From NCBI GenBank assembly GCA_000934665.2, contig KZ538020.1:1-64000 (forward strand): a stretch of DNA of 64,000 nt, written 5' to 3'. The stretch comes from Catajapyx aquilonaris. Lineage: Eukaryota. The notes under the pieces are model-generated. The model searched no databases. It was not told the DNA's origin and worked only from the letters and a program-made list of their open reading frames with translations. The position numbers and the translations under genes were made by a program. Positions 26,921 through 41,083 of this stretch are shown piece after piece. How positions within the stretch are numbered: position 1 is the stretch's first letter; each line of letters starts with the position of its first letter.

Positions 26921-27011
26921 GGACCGGCCTGTTATAGCCGGATTCAACTGTAGTAACCATAAATGGCTGCAATTATTTTTAGCACATTGGAATAAATATT
27001 ATAATAATATA

Positions 27012-27223
27012 CACGGTGGTTCTAATTCGTGGATCGTTTTTTATAACTGATATCGCCCGATAGTAGTTATTTTTTGTAGCTTGTTGTACCCGGTTGTACC
27101 CCTAACTAGGTTCACACAGGGGGTCGTATATAGCAGTTGCCGGTGCCACCTGGTTAGGGGCGCAAGCTACAAAAATAACTACTATCGGGCAATATCAGTT
27201 ATAAAAAAACAACCCACGAATTT
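27012..27223. mobile_element. MITE family M1, copy 4
   Basis: TA|CACGGTGGTTCTAATTCGTGGATCG...ataactgatatcgcccgatagtagttat / ataactactatcgggcaatatcagttat...acccacgaattt; right terminus truncated. Confidence 0.85.
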
Positions 27224-28277
27224 GATAATAATCAGTTTTTTGTAAAAAAAAATTACCTGTCAGATATTTTATACTCCTAGAAAATACTTTCACGCCCAAT
27301 GTAGACCAGTGGCGCCATCCAGCAGCCAGCCCGATTAATCCGGATTCCCCATTTTTTGCTCCCTACACACGTTTACAGCGTATCCAGGTAGCCAATCCGT
27401 TTTGATTGGCCAGCATCACAGGCGAGTTATGCAAATTCTTGACTGTTGCGCTCCACGTGCAAATTGAACCCAGTTCGAAGCACTTGAATTTTCATTAAAC
27501 CCCCCCGTGATTAGCAAGCAATAAACGGGCTAAAATTTAGCGCGGGTTAATTATTGAATTACACCTACAAGCGATCCTCTTATACGGCAGCGACCTCTGA
27601 CACGGCCAATGGATTAACGCATCTCATATGCCGCCTTAGCCAGGATTTCGCCCAACTCGGAATTATTTCGCAGCTTTGTGCACGTCACACTTTGTTTCGG
27701 GAGCGGGCAACGGAAAGCACCACTTTGTACCCCCTCCCCCCATATCACCCCCGCCCCCTACCTCTGAAAATAAAAAGCTCCGCTTTCACTTTGAGGCTTT
27801 TGCTCTGGCAAAGCCCAAACTGCCCGCACTCGCACTTATTACTACTTCATTGCCCGGTTATTCATCACGCTCACCCAACACCAATTTACGTCGCACCGGG
27901 ATAAGCTTACTCTCGGTTATCCATTCCTCGACACTCTAACCGCATACACCCTACTGCATGGCAACACATTAACTCAAGCGCCTCACAGGAAAATATAATA
28001 CCGGTGCTTGTAATGAAACCCTCAACCAGAATATGCAAAAAAAAAAAATTGTGGCGATTTTTTGTGTGTGTGCAAAAAAGTCTGAAGGGTATGCAAATAA
28101 GATTGGCGTTGCTTTCATGCGACTGTTGATTGATAGTTGTCACATGTCCTGTTGATTTGCACTGCCTCAACATATACGGTATGTATTCAAAAGCGTCACC
28201 TGAGCAACAATTATTTTCTCAAAAAAATTGGCAATATTGCTAATTGGTAATATTGGCAAAATTTGAGCAATTCATGG

Positions 28278-28487
28278 CAGCCAAGCGGGAGGTCCGGGGT
28301 TCAAATCCCGTCCCAGTCACCTTCGCTTGGTTGGGTCTTTTTCCGTTTTCCCCCCGACATGTATGGGCAGACATGCACTCCCTTCTCTGCCCAGGGCCAA
28401 AAGAAATGGTCTGTCTCTCCCTTAGGAACTTCCCCTTCCCCTCTAAAATGGCCCAAGACCCTATCACGGTGTAGCACAAACAAACAA
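28278..28487 (+). mobile_element. SINE family B, copy 3, 5'-truncated and more diverged
   Basis: cagccaagcgggaggtccggggttcaaatcccgtcccagtcacc matches the SINE B head from the anticodon arm onward; A-box missing; ends in an (ACAA)n tail. Confidence 0.85.
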
Positions 28488-30144
28488 CACATTGAAAGTA
28501 ACGCGACGAAATCATTACCTGGCCAAAACACCTATAATATAACCTATAATATATATAACCTATAATATAACACCTATAATAAAACACCTAAATACTATAG
28601 TAAGTCATTAAAATTTGCGCTGTATTGACTCGACTATGGAGAGATTTCAAAGAGGATTGTAAACTGTCACATAAAATATTACACAATATGAGCAGTTTAG
28701 CCCTGAGTGTGTGATTCGTTATTTAGACAAAACATCCTCATACTGTGAAATCGCAGAATATTTAAGCGCCATAAATACTAATCATAATGCAGTGGAAACA
28801 AGTTGGATTTTTTCCCCTCCAATTATCAAGGTATGAAACATGTAAAAATTAGATTAAATTGAACGTCTTCTCTGCCGTCCCAGTCCCAGGGAGAAATATC
28901 ATATCTCCAAAAAGTTAATTGTAATTAAATCCTGAACGCTGCGCCATTGTTCGACTCAGTAAGGGCGAAGTTCGCTTGTATTCCCTGCACTAATCTCCTT
29001 TGAGTCAGGTAGTATTAGCGCAGGGCATGCATGCGACTTTCACCCTTACTAGTTTTAGAGATACAGTGTTTCTTCTTATAACGGCAGTTCTGTCCACGAC
29101 CTTATGCTCCTAATTGAAACCCATGGACACACACATGCAAATTGTACCTTCTAGATATAGTCCAACTCTTTTTTATATAGAACCCATCCATGCTTCCCAG
29201 AACCCCTTTTCTTCCCTTTTCATCCCGACTTTTTTTTCTCTATCGAATGTCAGTCCCTATTCCTTCCCTCCGATTGGTTCCTTTGGCCCGGGACGACGTT
29301 CTTATGCAAATCCGTCGCCCTATTGGTTGTCAGCAGCAGCCACCGCACGCTTCAATTGCTTATTTATGCCCGTCTACTTAGTATGGACACGGAGGCATCC
29401 GGGCCAAGTGACGTTCCATGCTGGCCTAGCTTCCGGATGAATGTGATGTCGGGTGGGGGTGACAGGGAAGGGGGTTCCCAATGTGTATATATGATGGTTC
29501 AGACTGTTGGCCTAGGCTGTACAGTCGAGAGGAAAAAGAGGATTATGCATTGAAGCCCGGGAGTAATACTCCCCGTCAGAAAATGCTCTCTGACCGATAA
29601 TTTATCAGTATTTTGACTGCAGATAAAGATCAAATCCCGAACCTGCTCATGTTCTCACATAAATTCATGCTCCCCCAAGATATCATATATCCTGATAAAT
29701 TGTCACTCGGCACATGGTCGGGCGCTGCCTATTGATTCTGTTGATGGAAAAATAGCCGCGGATGACAGAGCTGGGACCTCCCTAGAGAAGGGGGGGTTGC
29801 TGGATAGAAACCCACAGTTGCCAACTTTCTTATATTGTGATACAACACCTTATGAAATATGGCCGCCTAAAATTCAAAATATTGGCGTGATATGGCGAGT
29901 AAGATCCATCGCAGGGTGACTCCATAAGGGGGGGTTGAAACTTGTTATCCGTTTTATGACCTTGCTGTATGGCGTGAGATGTTCAAATACATTACCCCAG
30001 GATTAATACGCGATTGCAACTTTTCCCCTTTCAGGCTGCTCGGAAGCTTGGTTCTAATTGGTGGGGGGACGACGTCGCAACGGGGCCTACCTGCGTGTTG
30101 CCCTACTGTCGACTTGAAGGCTACTTTCCAAATTGACTGCAGTA

Positions 30145-30440
30145 CAGTGCTGGACATTAATTCTGTAATACTGCTAGCGACATTTTCTGATGCGGCAGTC
30201 GTGAGAGTAGGAAGAGGTAGCCCTTGGGTGACGTCACTGGCTGGGGGACAACCCTTTTCTCTATTGCCCCACAGCCGGTGACGTCACGCAAGGCCTACCT
30301 CTTCTTACTCGCACGCTTCTGCCCCATCAGAAAATGTCAAAGGCGGCTACACACGGACGACAGCTGCCGCCTCGCGCTCATTGGCCGGTGGAGTCCAACT
30401 CCAACTGCGGATGCAGCCGTGTGTAGCCGCCTTAATGTCC
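30145..30440. mobile_element. MITE family M2 (TA|CAGTGCTGGACATTAA terminus), copy 1
   Basis: Fold-back structure with paired GTGACGTCAC boxes; homologous to 61838-62464; right TIR disrupted by a nested element. Confidence 0.85.
30342..30431. mobile_element. 90-bp PIF/Harbinger-like MITE nested in M2
   Basis: Perfect inverted ends aaggcggctacacacgg (30340-30356) / ccgtgtgtagccgcctt (30417-30433); GGC-start termini and TTA at the right flank are Harbinger-like. Confidence 0.75.
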
Positions 30441-31557
30441 TGGTTACATCAACGCAGTTACGTAAATCATCTGAAAAAGCAATACATCGCATTTAAGCAA
30501 ATAATCGTGTCCAAATCGCCGGCATTAGAGGTCGTTTCTTCCCCCTTTTGAATCGAGCTACCGGGTCAGTGTCCTGCCATAAACACCATCATTATATCCT
30601 CTAATTCGGAGGGGGGAAAAAATTCCGTCCTTTTCAAATAGCCAAGATTATTTTTGCACAAAGTCGCCAATTGCATGCTTGTTCGGCACCCAACAATCTT
30701 TAGGTTCCTCCATTTCTAAACAATGAACCGAGTGAAAAAAAACAGGGGCACAGACTATATAGGAAGAGGGACTGGCATCAAAACAATTTTCCAAATTGGT
30801 GGAGGAGGATTGCGAGATGCTGCTGAAAGAGAAAGGTCGGTGGCCTAAAGTACGTGGTGACCTCCAAATAAGACGAGCCCCCTTTTGTGCTGGACCAAGA
30901 AACTCGTCAACTCGCACAATACGATTCGTTTATTTCCGGTCGTATTCGCAAATATTTGCACACAAAAAATGACCAAGCTTCAGGGTCATCCCATGCTCCT
31001 TTAAAATAACCGGTGTCGGTCTTCTGCCCAAGGTGAACAATAGTAGGTGATTTATAGTCTCAACATATTGTTTCCAGAGTCTTCAGAAGTGATGTCACAA
31101 AAAGTCTGTTACCTCCAATTGTAATTCAGTGAAACTGCATTGTGTCGGAGTAACAAGTAAATGATGGGGTGTAATATGGACTGCATGACATGGAGTGTCC
31201 GGGGCATGGGTGCGGGGCTTTGGCAGGCGAGAGAGTGTCGCCAAGTGTGTGCGTGACGAGAGCAAGGAAGAGTGGGTGGGGCATGGGGACCGCCGAACAA
31301 AGACAATTAGACAAAGTGTGCTTGATGATGCTCTCTATACGTACGAGGCCGCGCTTATTTCCACGCAATTACACCTGCTGCCATAACCTTTCTGGGATTG
31401 TAAATGACGCCTGCGGCTAATTTCATGCCACCCTTTTGACCTCCCAGCTCACACCTGACCCCGGCCTACGCCTGTCCTAAAGGAAATCAGAATAAAACAG
31501 ACGGAAATTACAGATTGTGTTGAGTTGGGGGGTGTTCAGCGGTTGATGGCGCTGCTG

Positions 31558-31625
31558 GGGCGCTGAGTTGGAATGTTCACCGGTAGAGGGCGCTAAGTTG
31601 GACTGTTCCCTGGCAGAGGGCGCTG
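31558..31625 (+). promoter_or_regulatory. 30-bp tandem duplication carrying CTCF-like motifs
   Basis: ccggtagagggcgct (31580-31594) and ctggcagagggcgct (31610-31624) resemble the CTCF core CCNNYAGRKGGCGC; motif match only. Confidence 0.45.
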
Positions 31626-34600
31626 CGGAGGCTACACTGCGGTGTAGAGGCTACACTGCTTGTCTTAATTGCAGGTAGATACAGAATATAAGCAATATTC
31701 TTCATAAAAACGTGCTGTAGTAATTTTCTCACCTGTGCCATCAACAAGTTAGTGGGAACTCGAATCTATCCGTATATCCATTGCTTCAGCGGCCAGAAAA
31801 ACGAGCGTGTTTAGCACAAAATTAACACGTCCCAACCGGCGATGATTGGAGTGTAAATCTGAGAGCCCTGTCCAAAGTATACAAAAAAAAGAAGAAGAAG
31901 AAACGTGGCTTTGGCGGCGAGCAAAGCGCGTTTCTTAAATTCATTCCCATGCCATCTTTTGCGGGTCGTTTACTCGTCGATGAAGAATGGAATAATTTTC
32001 ACACCGTCCCGTGAAAAACGAGCCATTCTCAACTCTCGAGGCGGAACAATAAAATTTCCAAACATAAAGGGGCGAAACAGCGGTAAAAATTGCATATGAA
32101 TGTGGCGATATTGCCTTCTCTGTGAATTCCAAAGACGGCTGTTTAGGGCCAGTAATTGTATTAACACCTCTCTGATGCTACAGATATTTCTTTTAAAAAA
32201 TAGTGAACAAGCTTCAAAAAATTGACTTTAGCATGGTCGATACCTTTACTGCTGATTATGTGACACGCAAACTTAAAATGGGCGTTATTTGGACTTTGCC
32301 ATAAATTATACGTCCTTTGTTCCAGCTCCAAGCGATGAGGACAGCAGATAACAGGTTGATATTTGGCAACGATGCATCCCGCAGAGTTCAAGGATTACCC
32401 ACGAATACATGTAAAAAAAAATGTACAGTGACAAAGTGTCGAAGCAACAATTTCAGCTTTGATATAGTCCACAGTAGCAACTAGCAAGAGAGCGGATCAG
32501 GGAAGGGGGAAATAACAGCATTCATGGACGGACTTAGATTCCTGGTGTGGCCACACAGTGCAGCCAGCAGCAGGACCAACATGTTTTCATGTAGTAAATA
32601 AAACCGAGAGAGAAATGTAATTAATCTTTCCGCGGTCGACCTTTTCCAATTCCTGCGCCGCATATATCTATGGGCAAAAATTCCAGGCCGAATCCCGTGG
32701 TTTTCCGATAACACAGTTTATTCCACAACAGAACTCATGCAGTCGCATTAGTGTTTGGAATTCTCTGGCGCGCCAAGTCTCCTGCTCTTGTATCATCATG
32801 GCCACTCCATGGAATGTGCGCCAAGGGCTAGCATTATTGCGCCAAACCCATCGTCCACAAACCATTTCTACTCGGTTCCGCTTCCTCCTGCCTTCCTATC
32901 CACACTCTGTCCGCAGAAACACTGATTTCAGGCAAATAATTTGATAGCGGCTTCATAATTCTGATATAGGCTAGGGACTAGCATATACACTTGGCTCGGA
33001 TTGTCCACATCTCCCCTCATCGTGGACCAGAAAATGTTTTTAACACCGGTATTTCCCCCCCCCCCCTCTCCAGCCCTTATTGCTGGATATGACCTTGTTG
33101 AGAGAGATTCAATTGATCACGAAGCTGCATAGCAAAACTTACATTTAGTTAATTGAATTACAAGGGCGGTTCCCTCCCATAGGAGTATATCCGAATTTGG
33201 AGAAAAAAAATTGTGTGGACATTACTAAGCAGTCGCAATAACAATGGCAGCATGTCATCAGGACGTTTCCAATTTACACAAATCTCATCAGGTAATCATC
33301 CTCATAAATAAGCAGTGTCCTTGGTAAGCCCCCTCTATATTACAACCTACTTACTCATTAATGCTAATTATATCCTAACTAGGCGACGCCCATCAAATAA
33401 CAACCAATGATCATCTAATGACCAGAAATTCATCCTCCCTGAGATGAAAACAGCAACCAAATATGGTTCCATCAAATACATCAGCAAATAAGTTATGCCC
33501 ATTAGCCAGTCCCTGTGCCAACATGTCACAGTCACATGACTACCCCCATCACCATCCCCAACTATTCCATCATATCGCGAGTCTACCCAAGATTTCAGGA
33601 ATTTCCCGGGGACAAGGGAGTGGCCTTATTGTCCACGAGCAGATAATACTTTCAAATGCTGCGACCAAGGAGTCCGGCGGCGATAAATCGGCGGCCCCAT
33701 TTCTCCAGATCTGAAGGACCGTTCCTCATGAACCCAAAAAAAAAGCAAGGTCCACTTGCAAGATACGCATCAAAAGTGTGCCTGGAGGACAGGTACAAAG
33801 ACATTGTTGGAAATCAGCATTCCGAAGAGGCACCAGTGTGGGTCATCATTATGCGCAAGGTCTGTTGATCTGTGATTCAACCGGGCATCCGCCTTCATGT
33901 ATGATATTCTAGGCTCATAAAATACCTAATAAGGACTACCTATAATTCCAGAGGCAATACAAGCACTTGGTGGCGCGCACCGCCAAAGATGAATGTGCCA
34001 TGTGTGTGTATGGGTACATGTGTTGCATGGAGACTCCGCTCCCTTCTTTTCGCATAATTTGCATTGTGGTAGCCCATCACAAATACGATACTGGACGTCC
34101 CTTCTTCAAGTCCCAATCGTAAATCAAGGAGGACATCCGGGTTATCGGATGAGTCATACATGAGGCAATGTCCTCTAGACGCTGAAAACGACACATGTGT
34201 CGTTTTCTGCGTCCACATGATTTTTTTAAAAAAATGTGAACATTAAAAAAAATCACAAATTGGCAAATAGGCTAAATAGCATTTCAGAACGTCACTGCAA
34301 AATAGGCATAATAAATTGTTGACATCTAGCGCACAAACATTTCAAAATGGCACACTGATTGATGGAATTTTCGAGTACAAAGATATAACACCTACGAGTC
34401 AAAAAATTGACGTGTTTTGATCAACTGCGGTGGCATGCTTGTGACAACAGACCTATCCACGTCCCTTTTTAACAACAATTATTACAACTCCTATTTACGA
34501 CCGCAATGAATTTCATTTTGTGGATATAAAACCGCGCGCAAATAATGTGTATGGAAATGAGGTGGTGAGGTTAGTAGGGAGAAAATATCAACTGTTGTCC

Positions 34601-37600
34601 CCCTCCCCCATTTTTACATTTTTTATAGTAAAAAAGAAGAAGATGGGGGAGAAGGTCGAGGATTTATTCGTAGGTAGAGCAGGAATGTCTTATCTGGCAG
34701 CAGCCTTCATGTGCTGGCGACCAGGGTACACATCTCAAAGAGCTGTGAGGGGAAGAGGAGTCGGGGGGGAAGCAGGCTCGACAGGCTTTTTATGGGCTGG
34801 CCCGCCCCTATGAAGATAGATACATGCATTCCTAGGACCCCCGAGACCACTATCGCCCCCGCCAATCAACATTATATTTAGTTTTCCGGCCTCCGCCAAG
34901 ACACTGTGTCCTTTACACATCATCATCTCCTCACACCGATCTTCATTTGTCATCGCCACCTTCCTTATTCCAACCACACCATCCTTGACCTCCAGACTTA
35001 CTTCTCTGCAAGTAAATCATATCCACTGAGGGCACCAACTTTGAATACATCCAATTTTGACATTTTTATGTATATGAGTACATAGTGCTACAGAAGCCTA
35101 ATATGGATGCACTATGACAGCCAGCTCTATACCCAACTCTAACCAGACCCTCATAACCCAGGCAGTACATCCTAGATGCCATCAGGTTTTACAATGCTAT
35201 TCTCCACCTGTGCAATATTACCCTTGCGTGCGTTTCGGAATTAAAACAGCCCACTGTATGTGCGTTTTAAAAAAAGGCAATTTTGCTTTTAAAATCAACT
35301 AATCCCGACTTTTCATTAGGTGACCGGGTTGAACGTCAACCTTTTTGCATTTTAGTGCTAGAAAAATAACACCCCTCTCCGAATGAAACTGCCCCATCGG
35401 CCAGGATTAGGCCAGCGGAGCGGATTTATTTTCTTGCGATTAATCGTGTACCACGCCAAATAATGTCGCGCCAACTTCTTCTACCCCACTTGCAATTCAA
35501 AGCCGTCACTAATTTTGCAGAACCATAGGGGCGAAAAAAATGTGGCACGCCCGTGTTAATTGGTCGGGAGGGGGGGGGGGGTTGCCTTCCACCCCACCCT
35601 ATATACGCCCCGTCTATGCACTTTACGGCCCTGGTCATACTCGCAATACAACCTTTGTATGCCCCAATTATTGGCATTAATTTGCATGGATGGTGGCATC
35701 AAATAAAAGTCTCCAATATTCCCGGGTTTTACTAATTATGCTCTTCACACACACCTATCGTTTCATGAAGAATGGGGTAGGGGAGTGTGTGGACCAGTGG
35801 GTGGGTGGGGGTGAGAGGGATGAAACCCCAAAGCCCTTTGGATTATTCCCTCTGAGTGGATAAAGCAGGGCGATTGGCAGCCCCCCCTCCCCCCATTTAA
35901 TTGTATGCTACAAGCCCCCTCTACAAGGCACCGGCGCCACCTACTCGCGTTATACACGGGTGCTGTCGAGTATGAGAGTACCTGCTAACAGTGGCTGCCC
36001 TCGCCATCCAACATGATGACGAAATTAGTTCACTTTCGGACCCACACTCTTCCACACCCCTTTTAGTCCCCTTTGTTACCCTCACCGTCCTTCCACTGGT
36101 AGCCCAATTGAGCAAGGGGGACTCACTTTATCCAGACCCCCCATCACACCCCACCGGACAACTCTCTTTTTGTGCTGTTACGGGTCTACCAACTTTATCC
36201 GGTCCATGCAGTTTGAATTCCCGCACATTACCTACAGCGCCATCGCGGCACAACATTGAACTAGTTGAACCCGCCAAAAAATTTAAAAAGGCAGAATGAC
36301 GCCCCATGAATATCGTCGGTTTTAAAATTTTAAACAGTGGTGCAACTAGTTGGAACGACATTAGATTGTCATGGTTGGCAATTGGACAGAAAAAATTGCA
36401 AAGAGGGAATGAGGGAGGGAATGAGGGATTTACGAAGGGGAAGACTCACTTGGAATTCGTTGCCAAGTGGAGAATAAATTGATAACCATACCGGGGAGTG
36501 GGTTATCAAAGAGCTCTATTCATGGGGATGGGGCTGCTCTATGGCTGCCCATTAGTGCTCGGAGGGAGCCCCCTACCACCTCCTCCTCATCCTCCTCCTC
36601 CTCGTTATTAATTATAGTTCAATCTTTCTCTCCAAAGCCACCATGATAGTCCCACTTGCGAGCCTATAATTTTCATCATCGGGGGAAGCTGTGATTCTTC
36701 AGCCATTAGCTCGAATGGGGTCGGTCGGGTGGGACGCTACGCCTTTTCAAAAACTCACTAACTGCTGCCGCTGGCTTTCCCTCGCTAAATGAAGGCTTAC
36801 AAGCTGCTCCAAAGATTCGTTATGATTGTATTCTTTGTTCCCATGGCTGCTGCTGCTTGGGTCTGAATCCTCTCAATCTGGGCGACTCAGAGGGGGTGTC
36901 CCTCTTTCAACCAATGCTACCCATCAAGCCAATACTTCTTTTTCCTCCCACCCTCTCTCTCTCACTCACGTACCCTGGTTATTATTTCCGTTTGTCAGCC
37001 AAGCATCCAAAGCTGGACAGCTGCCGATCTCCATTCGCGCCTCTATTCACACTCACTTATCCCCTTCCAAAGCAAAGTCGCTCCATCAGCCTCGTCTATT
37101 GACCGTTTATGTCCATTAATCAAAGAATCACACAGCTGACCCCTCCTGGCGGCCACAAAATATCGTGGATCAAATCATGAGATGTCTCAAAACCTAAGTG
37201 GCACAAGTTAGTCATTGAAAACGCTACAGAAACACGTCATTTTTACATCATCAAGTCCTCAACATAAGAAATGCTAAATATTGATAGAGTAAAACCATTA
37301 AGAAAGTTAAAATGAGCTAAAATTCGTAAACATGTGTCAAAAAGTCCGTTAAAATACGTTAAAAGTGCCCAGTAGTGTGACTGACTCCACCGCGTGGACG
37401 ACGTTTTTTCCGTGTCGTTTTAAACACCCAGTACCTCAGGATTTCAACGATTTTCCAGGGGAATGAAGACGATCCGTCACGTCCGGAGCCGACCAAACAT
37501 TTCCGTGAGCAATACCTGCAGGCGCCCATAGCTTCGTGACCTACTGATTCTCCAACAGCTATCAGATTTACAAACTGCTAATTGACGCTAGTAATTGGCA

Positions 37601-38060
37601 ACTTCAAAGGCGCGAAATCACTGTCACGGAAAGCAAGCTGGGAGAAAAGGCTGGCCACAAACCACTTCTCCCCCACCTTATTCCCTCCCAACAACTTCTT
37701 CTTAAGGCTCTTTACATGGAAACAAACCGGAGCTAGGCCCTTTTTTTATTGAAGCCACACGAAGATAATAACTGGTTGTCGGAGCGAGTAATCTAACTGC
37801 AATTTGGATCATTTGTGAGCACTGACGAAAAGGCAGCTCGTAACTAATGGTGGGCACGACAGGGCAACTTACACTTTCCAAATTAAAACCGCATTTCGCA
37901 AGTCTTTATTCAAAGGAAAATCCTCTCTAATCATTTCCCTTTTCGTAAGCAGCAGTGTGTCAAACCTTGTCATTTCATATGAGCTGGACTAGCCCCCGGA
38001 CACTACCTCTACAAGCGGCAGGATATCAGAGGGAGTGACCACACCTTAGTATTATAAGAC

Positions 38061-38186
38061 CATGAGCTGGACTATCGATACTACCTATACTTATCAATGC
38101 TATCGATACCAATTCCTTGGTATCAATAGCATTGATAAATATCGGTAGTATCGATATGGTATAGGTAGTATCGATATAGCCCTCGC
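38061..38186. repeat. ATCGAT-rich inverted repeat, MITE-like remnant
   Basis: tatcgatactacctatac pairs with gtataggtagtatcgata; inner ttatcaatgctatcgataccaa pairs with ttggtatcaatagcattgataa. Confidence 0.7.
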
Positions 38187-41083
38187 ATATTATATGAAGG
38201 TTCGCTGTAGGCCATATTTGACCAAAAATGGCCGATCGACAGGACTCCGAGGCGTGAGAGAAGTGTGGCTGATCCAACTAGTCTTGGGGAGGATGTGAAC
38301 GAAGGTCAGCGAGTCGAGGAGAAAAGGAATGACAGGCTGCATTGTGGACTCGGGTTGACCTCCCGCTGAGAAGGCAGGGCTCGGTAGGGAAGGGTTATTA
38401 TATATTGTTATTACCCGAGTGACAGGACCTGGGCTACGATAGGATCGGGGATCTATCAGACGAGGGAGACTCCCGGCAGCCCCTGCGCCGGGGGAGGTTT
38501 GACACTTGACGAGCGTTAAGCGCGCACCTGTCCCGGACCGACCCGGATAGCTTTCCGGGCCCTCTCCGTGTCACTTTGCATTAGACGCCCCTCTTCTCCA
38601 TCTCTAACACATACCAAGGCCACTGATCAAAGGACCGATACCAGGATATATAGACTTCGAAGGTACGGCCAACCTGGATCCAAAATGGCTTCCTCTGTAT
38701 ACTGCACTCCACATTGCGACAAGGACTAGTCGAGATCTAATCTTCTTGTCAAAATAATTTACACCATGTGCAAGACACGAGTGTCAAGACAACAAGGATG
38801 GTGAGGCACTCGTTAGTTGTTGGATGTGCACGTTTATTCTGTCGATGGTAACGAACCCTTTCTGACAGGGGCGTATCCAGGGGAGGGGCTGGCACCCCTG
38901 CAGGGTTACGGGTTCAATTCCCCTCCCCCGCACCACCCACACTTCAATTATTGTGGTGATGAACATGCGATCGAGTATCAGTATAGGGTGGGTAGTGTTA
39001 ATATACAATTATTCAGAGTAAAATTTGTAGTTCCATGCGATTTTAAACGTTACTAAATATTTACTAATGTATGTAACTATTTCTAAGAACTTTTACTAAA
39101 GACTATTACTGGAATACTCCCATGCCCGAGATTTTCATGGCAACTTTGGGAACCAAATGAATATATAAAATTCGCTAAATATTAATACTTCCTAGCATCA
39201 TAAGACATTTTTATATTACCCCGAAGATCACTTATTAGTATAGCCAGCAGGGACTACCTTCTTGTTTATGAGATAAGCACTTGAGTAAACTTCTGGCAAC
39301 TTTTCAGCAACAAAAAACTAGAAACAGGTCTGCACTGTAACATGTGACTTTACAGTGCATCGATGGCCAGGTGTGCAACTGTAATTGACATTCATGGCTA
39401 AATGGAGTTATCAGCACCAATTAAGTCTCAACTAGTGCACAATTAATATTGCACACTTGTTTATAACCTAATGTTGCTGACTATTTTAAAATGTTACATT
39501 TTAAAAACACTTAAAGTGGCAATTATTCGATCTTTCCGAGTGAGGGCACCCTATGCCATTGGCCTCTCCCATCCCATGCACCGCTTGACCCCCACATCAA
39601 TGTGACTCAAGGATTCTGTCCAGTCAACCACGAAACGGATCGAAGACTGCATTCATTAAAAGGACTTGGGTGTGGTTCGGAAATATGAGCAAAAAGGGAG
39701 CCCTCAGTGTGTTGATTGCTCCAGACTTGAGGCTCTCTTTTTGATCACGTGATATTCCATCCCCCGAACAGATATGTAGAAAAAGAATGCAAGCCAGCAG
39801 CAAATGCACGATAACGGCAGAACCATCCATTTGGAAGGCTAACCGAAGGCTTTTTGGGAGTTTTCTGACACATTCCTGGCGTCCTCACGCTGGGAAGCGG
39901 GGAAGAGAAAATGACGCCTGCCAAGTGCGTTCATCAGCATGCATGTAAACAGACAGGCCTTGTCTGGGCTCGGCCATCATCGTCTCAACTCCCACTTCCA
40001 TTCACAGCAGGTTATAAAATAGATTTTATGTTCGAAATTAAACGGATGGGGCCTGGCGAAAAAATTGGACAAGACTAGTATTACTGTATTAATTCCATTT
40101 ATAAGGTGGATCTTGGTCGCAGTGGGGTTCCCATACGAGTCTGTCAACCTTGAACTTGTTCGCGGCCAAAGAATTTACATCCAGGCCATCGCACTTATTA
40201 TTCTCTTCCAAACACCAATCACGGACGCCTATCAACGGCGTATTGCCGCCAAATGCGAGACAGGTGCTCGCATGTGGTACCCCTTGGCTCAATCTGCCTT
40301 TTCTTTGCTAAGCATGAAACGATCCGAAAGGGTAATGTCCTGAACTTGCCTTTTTACTGCTTGTCTCTTCGCTAGACAGCCGCCCCACGTTTAAATTTAT
40401 CATTCGAATATCATTTACTAACCGTGAATATTGTTACATCCCGACGTCCCTGTAACAATATCTTGCAGATATCGCGCAAAAAAAGGACGGCCGGTACTCA
40501 CCTAAAAAGGAGAAGAATTAATCACTATTAGGTAAGTGACGAGTAATAAAGGAGCTCCATTGATCTCCCTTAACAATTGACAATTCAGAATACCTAGGTG
40601 ACAGGCAAAAAGGCTTAGTCAGTAAGTCTTCCCAGTGGAAAAGAGGGTGAAAGGAAGGAAGGAAGGAAGAGGAGGGAAAATTACGAGGACAGGAAAGGAG
40701 GACTTCCAAAGAGCTCTACTCCCACTATATTTTCCAACCCATCGAACGCCAATATATCACGCAAACGGCTCTAGACTCGCCCCCCAACTCCCAAGGAAGT
40801 CAAGTGGAAAAGGGAAACGATGTGCAGGAAAAGACTTTTGCTGCTGCCCCTGGGAACACAGGTCGTCATTACCACCCTTATATTTCTTTGTTCTATATGG
40901 TAACAAATAGCGATGGAAACAGCTTTTTATGCTCAGCTAGAGAGTCAATCATCACGTGAATTAGACTACAAACAATGGGATCCGGACTTTTCGCCCCCGG
41001 CATATTGGCTCCCGTGACAATTTCGCCCCCGTGACATATTCCACTTTGAAGCATTCGGCTGGGCATTTCTAGAGAAGTGACGA

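Noticed and set aside
36801..36862. Candidate next cut exon on the minus strand (AG|ACCCAAGC...CAGCTT|GTAAG; DPSSSSHGNKEYNHNESLEQL)
   Set aside because: Phase-compatible and starts with DP, but the acceptor lacks a polypyrimidine tract and the peptide does not resemble the conserved CUX/CASP sequence; only RNA-seq could rescue it.
38866..38935. CAGGGGCGTATCC terminus-like motif, also at 20338
   Set aside because: Only a 13-bp match, with no partner inverted end or TSD found; too weak to call an element.
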